Shown here piece after piece: positions 49,974 to 59,404 of a stretch of 64,000 bases of DNA. The position numbers were made by a program, and so were the translations under genes. The notes beneath the pieces were generated by a model. It was not told where the DNA came from, did not search any database, and worked only from the letters and a program-made list of their open reading frames with translations. The stretch's first letter is position 1, and each line of letters starts with the position of its first letter. The stretch comes from Candidatus Cloacimonadales bacterium (GTDB lineage: Bacteria > Cloacimonadota > Cloacimonadia > G963667145): positions 646,540-710,539 of the forward strand of contig OZ245797.1 in the NCBI GenBank assembly GCA_965228195.1. Direction: 5' to 3'.

Positions 49974-50321
49974 TTAGTCTTCTAAAATCTTTTCGACACT
50001 TTTTCTAAGAGTGTCTGGATCTTTGTAGTAAAGCTTAGCCGTATCCACAACCCTTTTTAAAGAGAGCTTTCCCGAGTCCGAGATATCCACCGCTTCAAGA
50101 TGACCTCTGATATAATCTTCGGTAAAATCTTTATACAACTGACCGATAGCCGTGTTTAAAAAAGCGGTTGTGAGCATCTTCACATTTTGAAAAGATAAGG
50201 TTACTTTTTTATCGTCTTTAAAAGATTTTTTGATTAGCTCAAAGATTTTTTGTCCATCTTCAGCCTCTACACCGTAAACATCACCAATTGCGTTCACTAT
50301 ACTTATTTTATTGTTTTCCAT
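49974..50321 (-). CDS. small STAS-like protein (DUF4325-like), putative partner-switch antagonist
   Basis: 115 aa. VTLSFQNVKMLTTAFLNTAIGQLY matches the DUF4325/STAS-like core as I recall it. A 4-nt gap separates it from the PIN gene and a 3-nt gap from the ATPase gene. Confidence 0.5.
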   Translation of the reverse strand: MENNKISIVNAIGDVYGVEAEDGQKIFELIKKSFKDDKKVTLSFQNVKMLTTAFLNTAIGQLYKDFTEDYIRGHLEAVDISDSGKLSLKRVVDTAKLYYKDPDTLRKSVEKILED

Positions 50322-50324
50322 AAT

Positions 50325-51185
50325 TTAAAAAATCTCATCCATATTTATTTCATTTCCCAAAGAGTAACTGCTACTATCGTCTGTTTTAAACTGAAGATTT
50401 ACGATCGTTCCGGGAAAGCTTCCCCTGAATAACATCTTCTTTTCCTCTTTGGCTTCATATTGGTAAAATCCATCACCGCTGACAATCTGCATCTTCCCAC
50501 TATTTTTGTCAATAAATTCTCGGAGTAACGCCAAACCTATTCCACCTGGGATATCTTTAGTGGTCATCCTATCCTTGACTGCCCAACTTATGGCGTCTAT
50601 AGAGCTAATATTGCGACCGAACCTCTTTTTTATCTTTCTCTTAAATCCAATGCCCATATCAACGATAGTAAACTCAATCTTGTGTTTGTTAGGAAAAAAC
50701 TGTCCACAGGTATAAATATAATCTGTTTCGCTATGAATTTGGGCATTAACAAAAATCTCATAAATCGCCTCTACTATTTTTTCTTTAACCCCTTTTGACA
50801 TTCGCGGAAGATCTGTGTTGTGTCCCTCAATGAACTCTTCAACCACATATTGCTTAAAATATTTACCATCGGTTTTTTTTAATTTTTGGTACTTTATGGT
50901 CGTATTATTAACATCTAAAGCCCGTTGCAAACCGTAATAAGTCAAAAAATCGTTTTTACTCAAAACAGTTTTGACATCTTTTTTACTAAAAATAAACCTA
51001 ATGCTATTAACATTATCTGTGAAACGGTCTAAAATAGCACCCAAAACGGAGCTCATATTGGCTGCAAAAAAATTTCTTATCTCTAAGCTTATTTCAGAAA
51101 AATGCTTATTTTTATTCTCCTGATAAAGATCGATAAGAGCTTGAAAACTCTCATACGAATTGTTTATAATCGGCAATGCTCTCAT
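50325..51185 (-). CDS. GHKL/HATPase_c-family ATPase (anti-sigma-factor-kinase-like) with novel N-terminal domain
   Basis: N-box EAIYEIFVNAQIHSE, G1 VDMGIGF, G2 GGIGLALL. The N-terminal ~130 aa have no recognised motif. Confidence 0.7.
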   Translation of the reverse strand: MRALPIINNSYESFQALIDLYQENKNKHFSEISLEIRNFFAANMSSVLGAILDRFTDNVNSIRFIFSKKDVKTVLSKNDFLTYYGLQRALDVNNTTIKYQKLKKTDGKYFKQYVVEEFIEGHNTDLPRMSKGVKEKIVEAIYEIFVNAQIHSETDYIYTCGQFFPNKHKIEFTIVDMGIGFKRKIKKRFGRNISSIDAISWAVKDRMTTKDIPGGIGLALLREFIDKNSGKMQIVSGDGFYQYEAKEEKKMLFRGSFPGTIVNLQFKTDDSSSYSLGNEINMDEIF

Positions 51186-51240
51186 CTTGATCTCCCGTTA
51201 CAGATTAAACAAGCAAGATTTTTGTCCCTGAAAGGCTAGG

Positions 51241-51768
51241 TTAGCCTTGCTCCACCACTCTGCCCAGATAAGGCAAGTTGCGGTGGTTTTGGGCGTAGTC
51301 GATGCCGTAGCCCACCACGAACTCATCTGTTATCTGAAAGCCGACATAATCGACTGGGATCTCCACCAAGCGCCGCTCTGGCTTGTCCAGAAGAGTGCAG
51401 ATAGACAAGGAGGCTGGTTTGCGCAGGCGCAAGATCTTGGCAACTTTGTCTAAGGTGTAGCCGGTGTCGATGATATCTTCGACGATCAAGACATCTTTGC
51501 CCTCGATCTTCTCTTCCAGATCTTTGAGGATCTTCACATCCCGCGAAGACTCCATCTGGTCGGCGTAGCTGGAGACCACCATAAAGTCTATCTTGGAGTC
51601 CAAAGATATTTCCCTGACCAAGTCTGCCAAAAAAATCACCGAACCGCGCAAAAGCCCTACCATCACTAGCTCTCTTCCTTGATGGTCTTGGCTGATTTTT
51701 TGCCCCAGCTCTCTCACCTTTTTTGCCAACTCTTCTTTGCTGATCATCTGCTCAATCTTGTATTTCAT
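51241..51768 (-). CDS. hpt: hypoxanthine phosphoribosyltransferase
   Basis: The PRPP loop [14 protein letters not shown] and the HPRT family pattern are present. Confidence 0.9.
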   Translation of the reverse strand: MKYKIEQMISKEELAKKVRELGQKISQDHQGRELVMVGLLRGSVIFLADLVREISLDSKIDFMVVSSYADQMESSRDVKILKDLEEKIEGKDVLIVEDIIDTGYTLDKVAKILRLRKPASLSICTLLDKPERRLVEIPVDYVGFQITDEFVVGYGIDYAQNHRNLPYLGRVVEQG

Positions 51769-51789
51769 CTTTTTCCCTTATTTTTTTTG

Positions 51790-52425
51790 TTAATAAACGA
51801 AGTAGTAGATCATATAGAAGTGAGAGAAACTGCCCAACATCACGAAGATGTGCCAAATCTCGTGAAACCCAAAAAGGCGAAAATTGGGTCTCTTGCTGGC
51901 ATAAATAAAGGCTCCCAAAGAGTAGAAAAGTCCGCCCAACACCAACAAATAAACTCCGCCTGTAGGCATACTCTCCAGCACAGGTCCAATTGCCACCACC
52001 ACGATCCAACCCATCGCCAAGTAGATGCCGGTGTAGAGCCATCGGGGAGCGGATAACCAAAACAGTTTCAAGAAAACCCCCGCAACCACCAAACCCCAAC
52101 AAACACCAAATAGGCTCCAGCCCCAAGCGCCTTTGAGGGTCAAAAGACAGATCGGCGTGTAAGTAGCAGCGATGAAGACGAAGATCATTATGTGGTCTAT
52201 CTTGCGGAACACCCTAACCCCTTTCTCGCGCAGTGGAAGCCAGTGGTAGAGAGTGCTAAAAAGGTAGAGCAAAATCATCCCTGCCCCGAAGATAGATAAA
52301 GATGTATAGCTGATGGCAGTGTTGTAAGGACGAACTAGCATCATCACCAAAGCCCAGATGGCAAGCCCAAACCCCACGAAATGGGTAAGCCCACTCATCG
52401 GGTCTCTAAATATTTTTTTCATCAA
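51790..52425 (-). CDS. hemolysin III family channel protein (PAQR)
   Basis: 7 TM helices. The HxxxH motif (HEIWH) sits near the C-terminus. Confidence 0.85.
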   Translation of the reverse strand: MMKKIFRDPMSGLTHFVGFGLAIWALVMMLVRPYNTAISYTSLSIFGAGMILLYLFSTLYHWLPLREKGVRVFRKIDHIMIFVFIAATYTPICLLTLKGAWGWSLFGVCWGLVVAGVFLKLFWLSAPRWLYTGIYLAMGWIVVVAIGPVLESMPTGGVYLLVLGGLFYSLGAFIYASKRPNFRLFGFHEIWHIFVMLGSFSHFYMIYYFVY

Positions 52426-52447
52426 ACGCTCCTTAAATTACAAAACC

Positions 52448-53302
52448 TTAAAAGCTGCCGATAAACAAAAGCAGCCCATACGAAAACAAGAAAGTGGCAA
52501 AGAGCACCTCCACCAGCTTCCTGATTTGGAAAACCACCTTTTTTTCTGCCCATCCTAAAGAGAAGTTTTTCAAAAACAGGGTAGCTAAGCCGATACTGGC
52601 GATGGTGATACCCATACCGATGCTCATAAAACTACTCAAGATGATCCCAAGGGGCAAAGCTCCCATAGAGACGCAAAAAAGCATAATCATCACCACCCCA
52701 GGACAAGGGACGATAGCCACAGACAAAGCCAAGGCGATGCCATTTCGCTTGTTTTCTTGCCCGAGATAGGTCGCCCTTGAGTGCAAAATTTTTTTCAGCA
52801 CAAGGTAAAGCCCGAGCAAACTCAGAAGGAGGTAAGAGGTTTTTTGAATCACTTGGCTGACATTTTGTTGCAAGAGGTAGCTGTAAACTTGCAAGAAGTA
52901 TTTCAAGACCAACACCAACAGCACCCCCATCAGTCCGTGCAAAAGCCCGATCATCAGGCTGAGCAAGATACCCCGCGGCAAAGAGACCTTTTCCGACATA
53001 AAGTAAAAGACGGAAAAAAGTTTGCCGTGACCGGGACCCAAAGCGTGAAAAACTCCGTAAGCGAAAACCAAACAAACCAGCGGAAACAGCTTCCACCAAT
53101 CTTGGTGAACCTCTTTGCTAGCTACGGCAATTTTTCTGTTCAGATCTCTTTGCACACGCAAGATAAAAGCAAAAGGTTTGCTCTTGCCAAAGCTCTCTAT
53201 CTTGGTGGCAGGCTCGTTTTTCTTACCCGCAAAAAATGGGTTTGCCGCATACACCCAGCCCAGCGTGGTTGCCAGTAGCATTATTAAAAACAGTCTTCTC
53301 AT
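52448..53302 (-). CDS. NicO-like nickel/cobalt transporter family membrane protein
   Basis: HALGPGHGK is the NicO signature. It pairs with the DUF1007 gene downstream. Confidence 0.6.
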   Translation of the reverse strand: MRRLFLIMLLATTLGWVYAANPFFAGKKNEPATKIESFGKSKPFAFILRVQRDLNRKIAVASKEVHQDWWKLFPLVCLVFAYGVFHALGPGHGKLFSVFYFMSEKVSLPRGILLSLMIGLLHGLMGVLLVLVLKYFLQVYSYLLQQNVSQVIQKTSYLLLSLLGLYLVLKKILHSRATYLGQENKRNGIALALSVAIVPCPGVVMIMLFCVSMGALPLGIILSSFMSIGMGITIASIGLATLFLKNFSLGWAEKKVVFQIRKLVEVLFATFLFSYGLLLFIGSF

Positions 53303-53865
53303 TTTTTCTCCACCTCCAAGTTCACCATTTGGGGGAACTCTATCTCTGCCAAAACCTCATACTCCCCATAACTCATCGTGTAGGAGTAGCCTTCTGGCAC
53401 CATCACCAAAGGGTCGTCTGCCAAAAGCAAGTCGGTAAAGATAGTCGGATCGTAGCAAGCAAACTGAATGGTAAAGTTCGATTTGTCGGGCAGTTTGAGC
53501 GGCACTTGAAAAGAGTAAACTATCTTGTCGCCTAAAAGCTTCACCTTGAACTTTTTATACTTTATCGTCTGCGCTACTCCATCGACGAAAATATAGGTAT
53601 AAAAATCGAAGTTGACCAGATTGCTAAAAGCTTCTTCCTCTATCCTCTTTGCTTGACTATGGCTGACCTTACCGCCTTTTTCCAAGCCGTAATCTTCACA
53701 GATGATGCCGGTGAACATCTGGTCGAAACTCCAATCCACTTGCAGCTCCGCCTCAGAGCCGTTTTTTATCTCCAAAGCCAAACTGGACTCAACCCAAATA
53801 TGAGGGTGAGCCCAGAGACAAAACCAAATCGATATTAAAAAAAAGCTGGCAAAAAACTTCTTCAC
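53299..53865 (-). CDS. DUF1007 family periplasmic protein (partner of NicO-like transporter)
   Basis: Signal peptide present. The HPHIW motif is present. It is translationally coupled to the NicO-like gene. Confidence 0.55.
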   Translation of the reverse strand: MKKFFASFFLISIWFCLWAHPHIWVESSLALEIKNGSEAELQVDWSFDQMFTGIICEDYGLEKGGKVSHSQAKRIEEEAFSNLVNFDFYTYIFVDGVAQTIKYKKFKVKLLGDKIVYSFQVPLKLPDKSNFTIQFACYDPTIFTDLLLADDPLVMVPEGYSYTMSYGEYEVLAEIEFPQMVNLEVEKK

Positions 53866-53871
53866 CGAGTT

Positions 53872-54147
53872 CTAGCCAATGGTGTAATCTTCCTGTTTAA
53901 CACCCTCTAGATAAACGGCAACAGGGTTTTCCGGAGAGCCTTTTTTCTTGATGCAATCAAGATCTCTGTCTCCTGCCTGACGCCAAATCTCGGTCTCTTC
54001 TTCGTCGCCACCAAGGCAAAAGGTCACCTTCTTGCTGATGAAATCTTTGACGATAAACTCAACTTCCGATCTGCTACAAGCTTTGGTTACCGGTATGCAG
54101 AAATCTTCTTTTTTATAAATAAAACTCATTTTATTTCTCCTTATCAA
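53872..54147 (-). CDS. hypothetical small protein
   Basis: 91 aa with no recognised motif. It overlaps the rodA stop. Confidence 0.4.
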   Translation of the reverse strand: MIRRNKMSFIYKKEDFCIPVTKACSRSEVEFIVKDFISKKVTFCLGGDEEETEIWRQAGDRDLDCIKKKGSPENPVAVYLEGVKQEDYTIG

Positions 54148-55364
54148 CTACTATATTCAGATTTTTTCATTAAATAGGCGACCGCTGCCGACACTATCAA
54201 AAGGTTTGAACCTCCGTAACTCAAGAAAGGCAAAGAGACTCCCGTGGAAGGAAGCAAACCCAAGGTCATGCCCGTGTTGACCAAAAACTGGTAAAACAAA
54301 AAAGCCAAAAACCCGACGCTGACCAAGAATCTATTCTTATCTTTTTGATTACTCGTCAAGTAAATAATCCGCCAAAAAAATAAGAAATAGATGATGAGTA
54401 AGAAAAAAGCTCCCAAGAAACCGACCTCTTCACAGATGGTGGAAAAGATGAAGTCGTTGTGGCTTTCCGGTAAAAACTTGAGGTTTTTTTGTGTCCCTTG
54501 CAAATACCCTTTGCCAAACAGTCTGCCCGAGCCGACGGCGATTTTGGACTGGATAATCTGGTAACCAGCACCCAACGGATCAAGGCTGGGATCTAAAAAA
54601 ACCATGACTCGCTTCTTTTGGTAACTTTTAAGCAGGTTCCAAGCCACGGGAATATTGAAGTAAACAAAAAGAATCATCAAGACAGATATCCACTTTTTCA
54701 CCACCGAGTAGTCCGAGTAAAACACCAAGTAGTAAGCCACGAAGCCAAAATAAACCAAGAAGAGCCAGATGTTGGTGACGAAAACAACGCTCAAGAAAGG
54801 AGCCAAAACGCTGACCAGATAGTAAAAAGGGATGCGCGAGAAGCTGAGCATCACGAAGAAGACGAAGAAGTAAACCAGCGTGCCGCTCAGGTTCGGCTCT
54901 GCCACGATCAGTCCGGTGGTCAAAATCAGCAAGCCACCCACTTTCCAGACGATCTCCCAGCAGCTTTTCGCCTCGACGATCAACTTGCTCCCGTAAAGGA
55001 CGAAGCCAAGCTTCATCAGCTCCGAGGGTTGAAACTGAAAGCCAGCGAACTTGATCCAGCGGTGAGCGCCTTTTACGGCTGGGAAGAAAAAAACCAAAAC
55101 CAGCATCAAAGCGGAGAAGATATAGACGCCCTTGGGGAGCATCTCCAAATAGTGCATCGGTGTTCTGAGGATAGCCAAGACGACCAAACCAGAGAAGATA
55201 ACCCAATAAGCTTGTTTGATGTAGAGCCTATCCAGCACCTCTTGATGTTGGGCAAGGGTGCCGTGGGTAGCGCTGTAGATAGCCAACCAACCGATGCCCA
55301 AAAGTAGCAGATAAAGAAATAAAAGCGGCTTATCGCACCTTCTAAAATCTAAAATATCTTTCAT
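54144..55364 (-). CDS. rodA: SEDS-family peptidoglycan glycosyltransferase RodA
   Basis: About 10 TM helices and the SEDS pattern. It lies downstream of mrdA in the mre cluster. Confidence 0.9.
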   Translation of the reverse strand: MKDILDFRRCDKPLLFLYLLLLGIGWLAIYSATHGTLAQHQEVLDRLYIKQAYWVIFSGLVVLAILRTPMHYLEMLPKGVYIFSALMLVLVFFFPAVKGAHRWIKFAGFQFQPSELMKLGFVLYGSKLIVEAKSCWEIVWKVGGLLILTTGLIVAEPNLSGTLVYFFVFFVMLSFSRIPFYYLVSVLAPFLSVVFVTNIWLFLVYFGFVAYYLVFYSDYSVVKKWISVLMILFVYFNIPVAWNLLKSYQKKRVMVFLDPSLDPLGAGYQIIQSKIAVGSGRLFGKGYLQGTQKNLKFLPESHNDFIFSTICEEVGFLGAFFLLIIYFLFFWRIIYLTSNQKDKNRFLVSVGFLAFLFYQFLVNTGMTLGLLPSTGVSLPFLSYGGSNLLIVSAAVAYLMKKSEYSS

Positions 55365-57124
55365 CTTTTTCTTCTCTCTTTCAAAATTTTTGCGTATCTT
55401 CTGATGATCCTAGCGGCGATGGGTGCTGCCACCGAACCACCTCCACCGTTGACGGTTTCCAAAAACACCAGATAAGCTAGCTTAGGATAGAAAGGGTCTT
55501 GGAACTTGCAGTAGCCGGCGAACCAAACATGCGGCAAGTCGCTCATATGGTTTTGTGCCGTGCCTGTCTTGCCATACATCACCGGGTCCCTGAGTTTTGC
55601 CAGAGGAGCGGTGCATTTTTTGGCATTCACCACTTGGTAAAGCCCTTTTTGGATGATGCGCAAGGTGTTTTCACTGATGTTCAGCGGATAAGAGGCGAAG
55701 TTGAGATCTTGGCTACTACCCTCTACCCTCTTGAGGAAATGGGGTTGTCGCCACACGCCGTCGTTACCCAAGGCTCCATAGTAAGCCAGCATCTGCAAGG
55801 GCGTGGTTTGCAACTCGCCCTGACCGATAGACAGGTTCACCTTGAACCCTTGTTGCGAGGAGGTAAAAGGAAACTTCTTCTTATACCAGTAGCGAGTGGG
55901 AAAAAATCCCGAAACCTCTCCGGGCAGATCGACACCTGTCTTGACGGTCACCCCGCTTTTGCGGGTGAACTGGCGAAAATTTTCCAGATTGAGACGCAAA
56001 GACAGATCGTAAAAAAAGACATCACAAGAGTGTTGCAAAGCTCCCACCACATTTTGAACGCCGTGTCCTTTGCGTAGCCAACAGCGAAAGATGTTGCCTC
56101 CGTAGCGAAACTTGCCCGTACATTTTTCGAGGGTGGTGTGCTCATCGATGATGTTCTCCTCCAAACCCAAAGATGCGGTGATCGGTTTGAAGATAGAGCC
56201 AGGCGGATAGACGGCGCTGATACCCCTGTCCAAAAGGGGGTTGAGCGAATCGACCAGAAGAGAGTGCCAAACATCGCGACTGATGTTTTGGCTCAGGAGG
56301 TTACTGTTGTATTCGGGCAAGCTGACATAAGCCAGTATTCCACCGCTGGAAGCGTCCATCACCCCCACAAACCCTTTGTAAGAGCTGCCCTCAAACATCT
56401 TGGCGATCATCTCTTGCAACTCAGAGTCGATGCTCAAGACGATAGATTTGCCGTCTTGCACCTGCAAACCTTCGCTGAAAATTCCCAAAGATTTACCCAA
56501 GGCGTCTTTTTGTTCCAAGCGATAGCCAGGGCTACCCCGCAGCAAAGACTCGTACTGTTTCTCCAGCCCTCTTTTGCCGATGAAGCTGTTGAAGGTGTAA
56601 CCTTTGCCTCGCAACTTGCGATACTCATCTGCCCCGATGTTGCGAACATACCCCAAGAAATGGGACTTGATCTTGTAGTTACGCCTGCTCTCGTTTTTGA
56701 TCTGGATGGCAGGGTAGTAGTTTTGGTTTTCGGCTATCTTGACAAACTGCGGATAAGGAAGATCTTCGTGGAGCAAAATCTCTTTGCCGCCTTTGGAAAG
56801 CTTTTGCTGAAAACGATCCACGAAGCTGCTATCGGCACCAAACACGGAAGAGAGGAAACTGGTGTAGCGGGACAAGGAGTCCACTTGAGAAGGCAAGATG
56901 TAGAGGTTGATGGAGGAGCGATTGACTGCCAAGGGTCTATAAAGGCGGTCGTAAATCACGCCTCTGGTGGGCAACACGCACCTTTTGACGAAGCTGTTGT
57001 TCAGGGCAATCTTTTGATAATGTTCCCCTTGTTTGACCTGCATCCACAAAAGGCGCAAGATCAGCACCAAGAAGCTGACCACGACCAAGAAGAAAAAAAC
57101 TTTTAGTCTAGCGTGGTTCTTCAT
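55361..57124 (-). CDS. mrdA: penicillin-binding protein 2 (elongation transpeptidase)
   Basis: SIFKP (SxxK), SCD/SxN region and KTGTA are present. It follows mreBCD. Confidence 0.9.
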   Translation of the reverse strand: MKNHARLKVFFFLVVVSFLVLILRLLWMQVKQGEHYQKIALNNSFVKRCVLPTRGVIYDRLYRPLAVNRSSINLYILPSQVDSLSRYTSFLSSVFGADSSFVDRFQQKLSKGGKEILLHEDLPYPQFVKIAENQNYYPAIQIKNESRRNYKIKSHFLGYVRNIGADEYRKLRGKGYTFNSFIGKRGLEKQYESLLRGSPGYRLEQKDALGKSLGIFSEGLQVQDGKSIVLSIDSELQEMIAKMFEGSSYKGFVGVMDASSGGILAYVSLPEYNSNLLSQNISRDVWHSLLVDSLNPLLDRGISAVYPPGSIFKPITASLGLEENIIDEHTTLEKCTGKFRYGGNIFRCWLRKGHGVQNVVGALQHSCDVFFYDLSLRLNLENFRQFTRKSGVTVKTGVDLPGEVSGFFPTRYWYKKKFPFTSSQQGFKVNLSIGQGELQTTPLQMLAYYGALGNDGVWRQPHFLKRVEGSSQDLNFASYPLNISENTLRIIQKGLYQVVNAKKCTAPLAKLRDPVMYGKTGTAQNHMSDLPHVWFAGYCKFQDPFYPKLAYLVFLETVNGGGGSVAAPIAARIIRRYAKILKERRKR

Positions 57125-57614
57125 ACATTTTCAGTTTTAGATGGTATACCAACCCCAAGAAGATGAAAATTATCAGATTGGAAAGTAGCGAACCAAAGAA
57201 GTAAGAGAGCATCTGCCAAAAGGTTCCCACACTGGAGTCGGAGACGATCAAGACATTGGCGAAGTAAAAAGCGAACTGGTAGTAAAAAGTTAAGATGAAA
57301 AGCACCAGAGCGCAGGAGAAAAAACTACGCTCGCTGAAGAACAAAAACAGCTTGGAGGCTATCCAGATGGAGCTGAGCAAAACAAAAGGGGTGAACCCGA
57401 AAAGGTTGATGTTGATCACATCGAAGATGAGTCCCAGCCAAAAAAGAAGCCAAATCGTCTTTTTGCTCACTCCCCAAACCAGCAAACTCAGCAAGCCAAA
57501 AGGTAACAAGAAGTTGGCTAAGCTCCCGTTGATCTCCAGATAGTCAGCCCAAAAGAACTGCAGATACAAAGCTAAGCAGCCCACTAAAATAAGTTTAAAA
57601 TTTCTTTTTATCAT
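57108..57614 (-). CDS. mreD: rod shape-determining protein MreD
   Basis: A small polytopic membrane protein lies between mreC and mrdA. Confidence 0.6.
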   Translation of the reverse strand: MIKRNFKLILVGCLALYLQFFWADYLEINGSLANFLLPFGLLSLLVWGVSKKTIWLLFWLGLIFDVININLFGFTPFVLLSSIWIASKLFLFFSERSFFSCALVLFILTFYYQFAFYFANVLIVSDSSVGTFWQMLSYFFGSLLSNLIIFIFLGLVYHLKLKMYEEPR

Positions 57615-58348
57615 TTTTTCGCCTTTAGAAGATAGACCGACTCTAGATTGGCAGTGTTGACCACCGGTTGCAAGACGGCTTGCAGTCTGTTGCCATAATC
57701 TGAGGAGCGCAAATATTGCACCGTGCCCACTTTGATGCCCTCGGGAAATATCGACGAGAGATTGGAAGAGATGAAAAGGTCGCCCGGTTTGACATCAGCC
57801 CCGAAGTCGATCATATCGACAAAAGTGGTGCCGTCCAGAGAGGTGGTAAGCACCCCTTGCACTCTGGCTCTTTGGCTTTTCACACTCAGACGGAAGTCGA
57901 TATTGCCCACCGGCAACACCAGAGCAGAATTTGGTTGAACGCCGATCACCTTACCCACCACCCCTTGAGAGGTGATAACGGGTGCGTCCAGCTCCACGCC
58001 TTGGGCTTTGCCCACATCCAGTAGCAAACTCCGCTGGTTGTAGCTGCCCAAGATGCCCACCACCACTGCCAGTTGCATCCCTCTTTTTTGCAAATCTTTC
58101 TTTTCTAACAAAAGCTTCTGGTCGCTAAAAGCCAAGTTTTGCTCCAACAGCTCTAAGTTCTCTTTTTGCAACCGCTGGTTTCTAGCCAAAAGGTCGTCCA
58201 GCGACTTCAAGTATCTGATCGGAGAGACAAAAGGCAAAGCCAGATAGTTGCCAAACCAACCGGCTAAACTTTGCTTAGAGGTTTGGCTAGAGAGCAAAAC
58301 AAAAAAGCTGAGTAAAATCAAGACAAAGAGTTGAAACTTAGTTCTCAT
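57611..58348 (-). CDS. mreC: rod shape-determining protein MreC
   Basis: A TM anchor and a coiled-coil are followed by a beta-rich GVVGKV domain. Confidence 0.85.
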   Translation of the reverse strand: MRTKFQLFVLILLSFFVLLSSQTSKQSLAGWFGNYLALPFVSPIRYLKSLDDLLARNQRLQKENLELLEQNLAFSDQKLLLEKKDLQKRGMQLAVVVGILGSYNQRSLLLDVGKAQGVELDAPVITSQGVVGKVIGVQPNSALVLPVGNIDFRLSVKSQRARVQGVLTTSLDGTTFVDMIDFGADVKPGDLFISSNLSSIFPEGIKVGTVQYLRSSDYGNRLQAVLQPVVNTANLESVYLLKAKK

Positions 58349-58372
58349 ATTGTTTTCTTTTATTTAATAAGC

Positions 58373-59392
58373 TTAGATGAGAACCACCGAATACTCGGAG
58401 AAGTTCTCCATCACCTTGCCTGTGCCACGCACCACGCAAGTAAGCGGCTCTGGCACCAAGTGAATAGGCAAGTTGGTCTCTTGTCTGAGTTTGGCATCTA
58501 GGTTCTTCAGAAGAGCACCACCGCCGGTGAGGAACACACCGTTTTCGGCAATATCGGCAGTCAGCTCGGCTGGGGTCATCTCGAAGAGTTGCAACACCGC
58601 ACTAACGATCTTCTGCACATTGTCGGCCAGCGCCTCTTGCACCATGTTGGAGGTCACCTTGAACTTTATCGGTAGCCCCGAGACCAAGTCACGCCCTTTG
58701 ACCACCATCTCCAGCTCCTCTTCCATCTTTAAGGCAGAACCAACTTTTTGCTTGATCTCCTCGGCAGTGAGCAGACCCACGAAAACCTTCTTCTTGAGAC
58801 GCAAGTAGTTGACGATGGCGTCGTTCATCTTGTCGCCGCCGATACGGATAGAGTTGTGAGTGACGATGTTGGACAAAGACAAAACCGCAATCTCGGTGGT
58901 GCCGCCACCGATATCGATGACCAGATTACCTTGCGGCTCTGTGATCGGCACTCCCGCTCCCAAAGCTGCGGCAACCGGCTCGGAGATGAGGTGAACCTCT
59001 CTGGCTCCTGAGTTAAGCACGCTGTCTTTCACCGCTCTTTTTTCCACTTCGGTGATGCCCGAGGGGATACAGACGATAACTTTGGGCTTGACCAAAAACT
59101 TTCGCCCTTGAGCTTTCTTGATAAAATATTTCAGCATCAGCTCCGTCACCGCAAAATCGGCGATGACCCCGTCTTGCAAAGGTCTTATCACCTCGATCAG
59201 ATCAGGATTTTTCCCCAGCATCTTCTTAGCCTCTCGCCCAAAGCTAACTTGCTTCTTGTCTTTGGTGGAGATAGCCACGATAGACGGCTCGTCCAAAACC
59301 ACACCCTCGTCTTTGACATAGATCAAAGTGTTGGCTGTCCCCAAATCGATAACGATATTTTTGGTAAACATACCCAGCAACTTATCAAACAT
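58373..59392 (-). CDS. mreB: rod shape-determining protein MreB
   Basis: IVIDLGTANTLIYV and DIGGGTTEIAV are actin-fold motifs. Confidence 0.9.
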   Translation of the reverse strand: MFDKLLGMFTKNIVIDLGTANTLIYVKDEGVVLDEPSIVAISTKDKKQVSFGREAKKMLGKNPDLIEVIRPLQDGVIADFAVTELMLKYFIKKAQGRKFLVKPKVIVCIPSGITEVEKRAVKDSVLNSGAREVHLISEPVAAALGAGVPITEPQGNLVIDIGGGTTEIAVLSLSNIVTHNSIRIGGDKMNDAIVNYLRLKKKVFVGLLTAEEIKQKVGSALKMEEELEMVVKGRDLVSGLPIKFKVTSNMVQEALADNVQKIVSAVLQLFEMTPAELTADIAENGVFLTGGGALLKNLDAKLRQETNLPIHLVPEPLTCVVRGTGKVMENFSEYSVVLI

Positions 59393-59404
59393 TTTTCACC
59401 CCTT

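Noticed and set aside
56138-57106. 322-aa + strand ORF
   Set aside because: It is antisense to mrdA (PBP2), with low-complexity Arg/Gln/Asp-rich translation.
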